A stretch of DNA of 64,000 nt from Octopus sinensis (lineage: Eukaryota): the NCBI RefSeq assembly GCF_006345805.1, contig NC_043000.1, forward strand, positions 53,506,001 through 53,570,000, in the 5' to 3' direction. This document shows, piece by piece, positions 9,497-19,702 of the stretch (its first letter is position 1; each line of letters begins with the position of its first letter). The notes below the pieces were generated by a model, which was not told where the DNA came from, made no database searches, and was given only the letters and a program-made list of their open reading frames with translations. The translations under genes and the position numbers were made by a program.

Positions 9497-11578
9497 CGAC
9501 GCGGTCCGACCCGTAAGTCGAAGGAATCAGACCCGCATGCTTGCGGGTCGGCCCCGGCTGGATAGTCACGCTCTAGGTGACCGTCGCACCCCAAGGGGGT
9601 CAGGACTATATTGAGGGCTTGCAGTCGGCAGGTGGGTGTCTCCGGAACCGTTCGGAAGGATGCCAGAGACGTCAGCCTACGACGCCGTCAGGCCGGCGGG
9701 CGGCGGGAGGCCTGCGCCGGTCGCCCGTTGCTCCGCCGCCCTACCGTGCCCGAAATCGAAAGAACGAACCCAAGCTCGCGTCGTGGCCCACGTACGCGTG
9801 GACGCAGCCGCTAGCGATGCCGGAAGGCGTTCGCGAGATGCACGCGCTCGATACGGCGACGCGGTCCGTCCCGTAAAATCCTGAAAGATGACAAACTGCG
9901 GCTAGCGCGATGTAGCGGCAGGCCTGCGCAAGGCCTGCGCCGGTCGCCCGCGTCTCCGCCGCCGAACCGTGCGTGGAATCGAAAGCACGAAACTAAGCGG
10001 GCGGTGTCGGCCACGTACGCGTGGACCTAGCCGCGACCGATGTTGCGAGGTACGGGCGTTCGATACGGCGACGCGGTCCATCTCGTAAATTCCCGAAAGA
10101 TGACAAACTGCGGCCGCCTTCGCCCGCGCCTCCGCCGCGCTACCGCGAGGCTGAAGCGCGGCTCGAGCAAAGCTTGCGCTCTCGACAACGTACACGTGGA
10201 CGTAGGCGCGATCGATGCCGTCAGTCGCCGGGAGTGCGTGGCGATATGCACCGGGTAAAAACAGCGACGTGGTCCGACCCGTGAGTTAAGGAGGTGCTCG
10301 GACCGTAAGCAAACGGATCGGCCCCGGCTGGATAGTCACGCCTCTAGGTGACCGTCGCACCCCAAGGGGGTCAAGACTATGTTGAGGGCTTGCAGTCGGC
10401 AGGTTTATGCCTCGGGGACCGTTCGGCAGGATGCCAGAGACGTCAGCCTGCGACGCCGTCAGCCCGGCGGGTGGCCGCCGCCTTCGCGCCGCCTCGCTTT
10501 CTCCCGTTCGTCCACGAGCCGCGGGGCCGTTAGCGGCAGACCCGCGCCCGTCGCCCGTTCCTCCGCCGCGCTGCCGTGCCCGAAACCGAAAGAACGAACC
10601 CACGCTCACGGTACGGCCCACGGACGCGTGGACGTAGCCGCCACCGATGCCGGAAGGCGTTCACGAGATGCACGCCGTCGATACGGCGACGCGGTCCGTC
10701 CCGTAAAAACCCGAAAGATGGCAAACTGCGGCTAGCACGGTCGCCCGTTGCTCCGCCGCCCTAACGTGCCCGAAATCGAAAGAACGAACTTGAGCGTGCG
10801 GTCTCGCCCACGTACGCGTGGACGTAGCCGCGACCGATGTCGCGAGGTGCGGGCGTTCGATGCGGCGACGCGGCCCGTCCCGTAAATTCCCGAAAGATGA
10901 CAAACTGCGGCCAGTGCAGGCAACGGCCGATAGCGGCGACCATGCGCCCGCCTTCTACCGCCTTCGTCCGCAGTACCGCCGCGCTACCGCGAGGTTCAAG
11001 CGGGGCTTAAGCGAAACCTGCGCTCTCGCCCACGTACACGTGGACGTAGGCGCGATCGATGCCGTCAGTCTCCGGGAGTGCGTGGCGATATGCACCGGGC
11101 AAAAACAGCGACGTGGTCCGACCCGTGAGTTACGGAGGTGCTCGGACCGTAAGCAAACGGATCGGCCCCGGCTGGATAGTCACGCCTCTAGGTGACCGTC
11201 GCACCCCAAGGGGGTCAAGACTATACTGAGGGCTTACAGTCGGCAGGTGGATGTCTCCGGGACCGTTCGGCAGGATGCCAGAGACGTCAGCCTACGACGC
11301 CGTCAGCCCGGCGGGCGGCCGCCGCCTTCGCGCCGCCTCGCTTTCTCCCGTTCCTCCACGCCCCGCGGGGCCGTTAGCGGCAGGCCTGCGCCTGTCGCCC
11401 GTTGCTCTGCCGCGCTACTGTGCCCGAAATCGAAAGAACGAACCCGAGCTCGCGTCATGGCCCACGTACGCGTGGACGTAGCCGCCAGCGATGCCGGAAG
11501 GCATTCACGAGATGCACGTGCTCGATACGGCGACGCGGTCCGTCCCGTAAAATCCCGAAAGATGACAAACTGCGGCTA
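9497..11578 (+). repeat. Higher-order tandem array: ~770-845 bp units, each one conserved block plus three ~180-240 bp subrepeats
   Basis: TCGGCCCCGGCTGGATAGTC at 9548, 10318, 11162; CGACG(C/T)GG(T/C)CC at 9497, 9857, 10069, 10265, 10687, 10866, 11109, 11531; CGTAC(G/A)CGTGGAC-like motif in each subrepeat; third unit truncated. Confidence 0.95.
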
Positions 11579-12918
11579 TATGTGTGTGTGTGTAATTATT
11601 AGTGACAGAAGCAACATTATTAACAAAAGGCAATCCGACTTAATTTGGGTATATTGTTAGAGCACGGAATTCTGCAATATTTACCTTGAGAGGTCCTCTC
11701 ATACACATATTTATAGTACTGGCAGGTGAGAATTGATTGCTACAGGCGCTGACACTGCCAGTTCATGTGATTTCGATGTGCCCTGTCACCTCAGTAGAAG
11801 ACATCCTGTAGCTGCATACAGCCAAATCTGACTGCCAGTGATATATATTGCCTGAATTGAACAACCTTGTATTTAATATGAAACAAATAGCATTTCTTCA
11901 CTGAAACTTTGATTAGATTTCTATCTTCCCCAATTAAAATCAGGTATATAAGATATATATATGTATGTATATATGTAATAGTGTGTATGTGTGTGTATAT
12001 GTGCATGTGTGTATGTGTGTTTGTATGTGTGTGTGTGTGTGTATGTGTGTATGTGTGTGTCTGTGTGTGTGTGTATATATGGTGCAGTTTTATGCAAAGA
12101 TTTTGCTTATCAACTTTCACTCATTATACAGTAATCAACCTAAGGCCAATTTATAAGAAGACACTTCCCCAAAGTGACTGATGAGCAGAGCAATAAAACT
12201 TGGAAACATATGCTTGTGAAGTGAAACCTTTAAACTCACAGTGAGGTCCCTGAATATATACAAAATTTAATAAAAACTTCATGGTTTTAAAAGGTTGATG
12301 ATTTGAAACACTAATGAGCTAGCCGTATTTACATTACCGTATTTCCATAACTTTAGAGAAAAAGCTGATTTTAATCAATAATCAAGTGATTTTGTGTTAT
12401 CTTAAAATAATATGACATCTGAATCATATTCTATATCGATATCTCTTATAAAGAAGATTTTTAAATGAATTATAAAGACTAGTCTGATAAAATGTTGATT
12501 GACTTTCAATCGATTTGCTCCAAAAAATAAAAATAGTCATAAAGAAGGGGTAAAAAAAAAAAAAGAAAACATCTTTCAGACAGATCAAAAACTGATTATT
12601 GAGCTGAAAGCTTCTGCTGAAGTTACTACAAATACAAGTTAGATATGACTGGGGGAAATACTAGATTGCTATATTCAATATATTATGTAATTTTCTTTTA
12701 GATTCTCTGGTTAATTTCATATTTTCCTGGCTTTGATTTTTGCATTTCATTCTTTGAATATGTTTGGCAAGATACATACCAGTAATTTGCTGTTAAAATA
12801 AGATTAACATAACTTTCCACTTATAAATTTCACCTTATATATAGAGAGATAAAATTAAAGTTGACACAGATTCTAAAAGACTTCAGTTACATTTCACTGT
12901 ATTTCCTCATACCTCAAA

Positions 12919-13080
12919 GGCACAGGCATAGCTATATGGTTAGATGTTTGCTTTGCAGCCATATGGCTCCAAGTTCAATCTCATTGTGTGGAACCTTGGG
13001 CTGGTGTTTTTTTACTATAGCGCTAGTTTAACCAAAGACCTGCTAGTGGATTTGGTAGACAGAAACTGAAAGAAGCCTAT
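12919..13080 (+). mobile_element. SINE family 1, 5' half, diverged
   Basis: Head through GAAACTGAAAGAAGCC. Confidence 0.7.
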
Positions 13081-13094
13081 TATGCATGCGTATA

Positions 13095-13754
13095 TATGAG
13101 GGGATCTCAAAAATTATTTATACTTTCTTCCTAACATATCTTTATTATCGTCACATGTGTTTATACTTGGCAGTATTGTGGTCACATGATCGAAGTTTGA
13201 GACTGATCACGCCCTTTTTCTTTCTGCCTTTACAGTGAAAACATGGCTTCTCCACTAGTAATGTGTGCCAAAGAAGAACAAAGAGTAAAAGAGTGCAACT
13301 TTGAGCAGAATAGTCATGGGAGATGAAACTTGGGTCCATCATTGTGAAGCAGAATGCAAAAGACTGAATATGGCTTGCCAGTTATGAAGAAATCCAAGAC
13401 TCAGTCTTTCATGGGAAAGATGATGCTAAATCTTTTTTAGGACTCAAAAGGGCCTATACTGGGAGACTACCTTGAAAGGAGGTGTATGATTAACAGTACA
13501 AGATACAGTACTTTGCTGGCCAACAAACTGAAGCCAGAAAATCACACCAAATGCTGAAACCTATTGTTGAAGAAAGTTTTCTTGTTGCATGACAATGCAT
13601 GCCCACACGCAGCCACAAGCTATTGGATCGCTGGACCAAGTGCATTGAAAATGAAGGAAACTATATAGAAAAATGATATACTCAATTATACCCTACTTTT
13701 GTGTAAATACATTGATAAAACAAGTGAGCTTATGAGTGTTGATTCCCACTCATA
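13095..13754 (+). mobile_element. Internally deleted mariner-like element
   Basis: MASPLVMCAKEEQR start, RIVMGDETWVHH, LLHDNACPH and RWTKCIENEGNYIEK pieces; imperfect TIRs (TATGAGGGG.../...TTCCCACTCATA). Confidence 0.8.
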
Positions 13755-15133
13755 TATATATATGATTTCTCATATTTTACCCTTACATCTCCACATGTAT
13801 TTTATATTCTTTTTTCGTAACATATTTCTACTATATATATATATATAAATTAGAGATTAAACCACTATTATGGAACTCAAACAGTGATAGACATAAACCA
13901 AAACATAAAGAACAAATAAAATATATTTTTATAAAACATATCACTAGATCGCAAAAAGTATAAAAATGAATAAACAATGTATAAGGAAAAAAATTACGTG
14001 CATTTCATGGCTACAATTAAATTCGAATTACAATTAAATTTAAATTTAATTGAAATGAATTCAATTTAAATAAATAAGCAAATAGAGATAAACAATATTT
14101 ATTTAAAAAATAAATAGAATAATAATTTTTCTTATAGAAGAAACTCCATTAACTAAATTTGAAACTTTAAACATTAGGATTATTTCCTACAACACATTTA
14201 TTATGTTAAATATTTGATATTTAAGGTAAAAAAAAAGAGTAAATAGATAGAAATAGGTATTTATCTGAGAAGATATAATTTAGCTTAAAAAACATTACAT
14301 TTAATTAAAAGCCCTTCGAGGTGGTGCTGCAGTATAGCCACAGACTAATAATTGAAATAAGCAAAAGGTTAAAGACGTACCTCAAAGAAGAAGAGTGTAC
14401 AAGTGTTTACATTAATTAGACTACAATCTATAGTCCAGACATTGCTAAATGATTGAGAAATTTCATTTATAGTTCTGAGTTCTGGGTTATGATCAGAATG
14501 AATGTTTCCTTAGGTAAGTCCATTTGACAATAGTCTCAGTTCGATCCTAGCCTTGAGAGAAGCACAATAGACAAATCTGGGAGGAAGTCTTCTTCTTACT
14601 CTACACCAGTAATTGAAAGGCTCAGACTTGTTACATACTGTGTCAGGCAGATTCTCCCAGAAGATTATACCAGGGTAGAAGTGCCCATGTAATATTCAGC
14701 TTCTTACAATACAAATGAATGAAAAAGTAGTTTCATTGATTGATCATGAGACTGCTCGTTATTGAAACCAATGTATGATTCATTTACTTTTAATATATTT
14801 TCTAATTAAACTATAGTTATTACCTATCTTTTTAATATGGTGAATAGTATTGTATATAATACCCTACTACATTTTAGACCAAGCAAGCTTTTGTGAAAAT
14901 TAATATTACTTTCCTTTGTACAGCATTCGCTCTTTGTTAACTTATGTAAGGTCACCTAATCTCACGAGGTTTATTAATAACTGGTGTATCCATATCGCCA
15001 ATAATAAAGGCAAATATGTTTGCATTATATAATGTATTAAAATAGTTATTATATGATATATTGAAAATAGTAATAGTAAAGTCAAAACATAGAAAACATG
15101 TAATATACACTGCATCGAACAATTTTTGTCATT

Positions 15134-15214
15134 GTCATCATCATCATCATCATCATCATCATAATAATAATGATGATGATGATGATGATGATGATGACGA
15201 TGATGATGATGATG

Positions 15215-15263
<49 letters not shown>

Positions 15264-15290
15264 GAAGAAGAAGAAGAAGAAGAAGAAGAA
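15134..15290. repeat. Compound trinucleotide microsatellite (CAT)n(AAT)n(GAT)n(AAT)n(AAG)n
   Basis: Seen directly. Confidence 0.95.
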
Positions 15291-15776
15291 AATTCTAACT
15301 GGGCCCCACCTGCATGGTCATGCACTGTTTTTCTTGATATGAGATCACCATGTCGTGCACATATGGTTGTGATGCATGTGCTTAGTGTACCCTTATCAGA
15401 TGGGTAGTCATGATGAGTATACTGGGCTTCGTATATTTTACCCCAGCGTTATACGCTGTTCTCTCACTCAATAATAATAATAATCATCGTCATCATAATA
15501 TTCATCATTTTAACACCCACTTTTTCATGCTCAGATGAGTCTGATAGAGTTTACTGAGGTAGATTTTCTCTAGCATAGCTGAATGCCATTCCTGTTGCCA
15601 ACCCTCACTTGTTTCCAAGCAATGTTATTTTTGTCTATGGCAGGACGTGTTTATGCAGAATATTGAATATAAATCACAGATATTGTATAATAACAACACT
15701 CGAAACTATTATGGAATGTCAAGATAAAGAAACATGCATTCACACAAACACACACACACATTTATACATGCATACA

Positions 15777-16191
15777 TACTCTTTTACGCTTTTACTTGTT
15801 TCAGTCATTTGACTGTGACCATGCTGGAGCACCGCCTTTAATTGAGCAACTCGATCCCGGGAAATATTCTTTGTAAGCCTAGTACTTATTCTATCAGTCT
15901 CTTTTTGCCGAACCGCTAAGTGACGGGGACATAAACACACCAGCATCGGTTGTCAAGTGATGTTGGGGGGACAGACACAGACATACAAACATACATACAC
16001 ATACATATATATATATATACATATATATGACGGGCTTCTTTTCAGTTTCCATCTACCAAATCCACTCACAAGGCTTTGGTCAGCCCAAGGCTATAGCAGA
16101 AGACACTTGCCCAAGGTGCCACGCAGTGGGACTGAACCCGGAACCATGTGGTTGGTAAACAAGCTACTTACCACACAGCCACTCCTGCGCC
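15777..16191 (-). mobile_element. SINE family 1, full length
   Basis: Complete reverse-complement copy ending ...ACTCCTGCGCC. Confidence 0.9.
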
Positions 16192-16589
16192 TATATATGC
16201 TTACATTCATATATATTTTTCTCCCGATATTAGACATGTGAAGTAATAAACAAATGGATGGAAGGACATTCTAAATGCATTGAATGCACAGATGTACAGA
16301 GAAGAAATACAGGTCACAAATTCCTCATCAGTTATCAGCCAGGGCATTGAGTACAATTTCATGCAATTATCAAGAATATTGTATCCACCACAGGGGCAAC
16401 TAGCAACAGAATTTGCTGGAGAAGTAACCAAAATATATATAACAAGATGAACAACAAGGAAGAACGGTGGACAAAAAAATGAAATAAATAAACAGAATAT
16501 GGTCTTAGGGCCAGGTGAAGACAACAGAAAAATAATTATACATATACAACAAGAAATTAATAATAATACAACAAAAATTAATAATCATG

Positions 16590-16996
16590 GGCGTAGGAGT
16601 GACTGTGTGGTAAGTAGCTTGCTTACCAACCACATGGTTCTGGGTTCAGTCCCACTGTGTGGCACCTTGGGCAAGTGTCATCTACTATAGCCTCGGGCCA
16701 ACCAAAGCCTTGTGAGTAGATTTGGTAGATGGAAATTGAAAGAAGCCTGTCGTACATATGTATGTATATATGTGTGTATGTGTGTGTGTGTGAATATGTT
16801 TGTGCCCCCAACATCGCTTTACAACCGATGTTGGTGTGTTTACATCATCCGTAACTTAGCGGTTGAGCTAAAGAGACCAATAGAATAAGTACTAGGCTTA
16901 TGAAGATTAAGTCCTGGGGTCGATTTGCTTGACTAAAGGTGGTGCTCCAGCAAGGCCGCAGTCAAATGACTGAAACACGTAAAAGAATAAAAGAAT
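16590..16996 (+). mobile_element. SINE family 1, full length
   Basis: GGCGTAGGAGTGACTGTGTGGTAAG head to GAAACACGTAAAAG tail. Confidence 0.9.
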
Positions 16997-17239
16997 ACAT
17001 ACACAATAACAAAAAAAAAGTCATGCACTAGCAGACAAACAAGAGTGGAGTAATGCAAAAGAGAAGGAAAACTGTTCTACAGGACTAAAAACAAACAAGA
17101 GGAAGGTAGAGTGGAGCTCAGAGAAGTATGACCACTAAGAGTGAAGGCAATGTAAAACAGAATGACACAGCCTTAGATCATGACCAGTGAAGTGCTAGTG
17201 AGAAGAGGAGGAACAGTCAGATGGACTAGAGAACAACAA

Positions 17240-17271
<32 letters not shown>

Positions 17272-19089
17272 CAGGAGTGGCACAGCAGGAAAGAAAGAAA
17301 GACAGTGAAAGAGAGAGAAAAATGGAAGGTGAAAGAGAGGCAAATAAAGGAAAGAGACAGACTAGAGTTGCATTCGCCTGGCCCCAAGGTCATATTCTGT
17401 ATATTTATTTCATCTTTTTTTTGTCCCTCATTCCCTCCTTGTCGTCCGTCTTGGTTGCTTCCCCAGCAAGTTCTCTTGCTGGTTGCTTCTGAGGTGGTTG
17501 CAATATTATTGATAATGGCATGAAATGGTGCTCGGCCCCCCAACCAACAACTGATGAGGAATTTGTGACTCGCATTTGTTCTCCATTGATCTGCGCATCT
17601 GTGCATTCAGTGCATTTAGTATGTCTTTCCATCCACTTTTTTATTACTATAAATGTTTGACTTCTGAAAATATTATTCACATATTATACACTCCTTATTT
17701 TTCACACACACACACATATATATATACATGTGCATACATGCATATATATGCAAAATGTATTTCTTTCAGTTTCCATATACCAAGTTACTCTCTGGGTCTA
17801 TAATAGGAAACCTTTGCCTATGGTGTCATGCAGTGGGATTGAATCCAAACCATATAGTTGGGAGCAAACATCTTAACCGCATAGCCGCAAGTTCACATAT
17901 AATTTGAAAATATACATTCAAAATAGCTGCCTACATCACTGCTTAGTTTAGAAATTCACTTTCTAACTACATGATTTTGTAATATAATACCTCAATAATA
18001 TATTTGTGTGACCCATGTTAGCATGGAAAAGCAGATATAAGAACAAATGAACAATGAAGGACATACATACATACATATATACATACATACATACATACAT
18101 ACATACATACATACATACATACATACATAATTGTATATACACATGCATGCACACACGCACACGTGCCTGTATGCACAGACACACACAAATGCATACATAC
18201 ATGTTCAAACTATAGTCATGGAAAACACTTTCAATATGATGGGTTTTATTTTTGTTCAGCATGGAAAGTATGAATTCACAATGGCATTTATTATAAGAGT
18301 GATTTTTAAATAAATGTCCCAAGAATCATTGGGATAATAACATCAACTTATATGTAGAGCTTAAATTATCACAGTTGTTGTTGCTACTGCTGTTGTTATT
18401 GTTTAGTCCCAAATCAACCCAAGTGAAAGAAATGTATAATTACTAGCATACTAAAAAAAATTCTTTATTCATTTTCAAGCTCACATATAATCTTGTCTAC
18501 TTTCTCACACTTTTTTGTTAAAATAGTGGAGGTATTTATTTGAGAGAGATTAGGCTGTTCTTTTTCACAGGTTAAGTTACCCTGTAATTTCTTGTCAGCT
18601 CAAGAAGATTAGGTTTTAATATAATCCATCCAAGATAATTTTTTAACAATGAAACTCTCTCACCCTATTTCTGAATAAGCATTTCACTGTCTTAACTTTT
18701 GTTGAATGAGTATATATGCATAATTCTGATAGTGCAGAAACAAAACTAAAACATATTATATACTAATCCTGACTTGATAACATAAATACAATACATAGAA
18801 AATGCATGTGTTTTATTTTACTCTGAAGAAATTTTATGTTAAATGTTCTCATATATTTAATTGAAGGAGGATTCGTATGTTGAGGTACTTAAGGCAATAA
18901 GGAAATATTTATTGAATTTTCATGAATATAGTCTTTAGAACATTTCTATTTTGAGTGAGATACAACTTTTACTAAATGATGTAAATTAGATTTGTGTAAA
19001 TACTTAATTATCCTAATATTAGATTCAATTATATACATTACACATATTTCATTTTGTGGGTATATGAAATCTGTATGTCTGTGAATTTG

Positions 19090-19199
19090 CGTGTGGACAC
19101 ATGTCTGTGAGTGTGTGTGTGTGTGGTGTGTGTGTGTGTATGTGTGTATGTGTGTATGTGCGTGTGTTTGTGTGTGTGTGTGTGTGTGTGCGCGCGCGC

Positions 19200-19240
<41 letters not shown>
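19090..19240. repeat. (TG)n/(CG)n microsatellite
   Basis: Seen directly. Confidence 0.9.
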
Positions 19241-19629
19241 GTGCATGTGTAGATATGAGAGTAAGAAAGAGATGTTGGCTATAGGGAGACACCTCTTCCT
19301 CTCTCTCTAACACATTTCAACTTAGAAATATCTATACTGACAGAAGCCATATTAATGTATAGATTGTGGAAAGTAAATGAACTTTCTAAGAAATAAGATA
19401 GCCTTAGTATGGCTTTGGTGAATAGGAAAAATATCAATTAAAAATAATATTGAATTTTTGTAGTGTATATAATCTTTATAATTTACAGAGAATAATAAAA
19501 TAAAAATCAATAGTCTAGTACCTTGTTTAGGGCAGAAGTAAGATATTTTTCTTTATTTAGTTTATCGTTTGTAATGAATGGGTTCTCTTGAAACCAAGAG
19601 TTCTATACACCTAATACTAGCCATATTAC

Positions 19630-19702
19630 CACGAGTCAGTTGATAAGGTTTGTTGTAAGGACATGTCATCTGTATTGGCAAGATAGGCAGTGCTTAATGA
19701 GT
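19630..19702 (-). CDS. Candidate isolated 73 nt internal exon of an unidentified host gene
   Basis: Minus strand has a long pyrimidine-rich tract ending TTTTAG, one open frame (DSLSTAYLANTDDMSLQQTLSTDSW) and a GTAATA donor; no homology recognised. Confidence 0.25.

Larger units (their letters stand above)
8837..11578. other. GC/CpG-rich island: rDNA-derived fragments plus higher-order repeat array
   Basis: Abrupt composition switch between a (CA)n tract on the left and a (TG)n tract on the right; 18 bp tandem duplication at the left edge (8837-8872); exact 45 bp direct repeat at 9303-9347 and 9444-9488. Confidence 0.85.

Noticed and set aside
10500-10540. HDV-like ribozyme in the array (GGCCCCG/CGGGGCC pairing, UCCACG loop-like motif)
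   Set aside because: P3 cannot form and the segment is absent from the first unit.
10709-10722. ACCCGAAAGATGG match to 28S domain II in a subrepeat
   Set aside because: Only about 13 nt, and other subrepeats read TCCCGAAAGATGAC; too short to claim homology.
9497-11578. CRISPR-like or bacterial contaminant interpretation of the array
   Set aside because: Units are long, nested and continuously homologous with no unique spacers; no cas or bacterial genes; the adjacent rRNA similarity is eukaryotic.
9273-11660. Many overlapping Arg/Ala/Pro-rich ORFs in the GC island
   Set aside because: Expected from high GC content and tandem repeats; frames are not conserved between units and no domain is recognisable.
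12170-12225. CTGATGA...GAAACATATG hammerhead-like string
   Set aside because: No NUH triplet (GCU), and helices I and II do not pair.
14942-15342. Poly-S/Y/H/D and poly-H/D/N/K ORFs
   Set aside because: Translations of a compound trinucleotide microsatellite.
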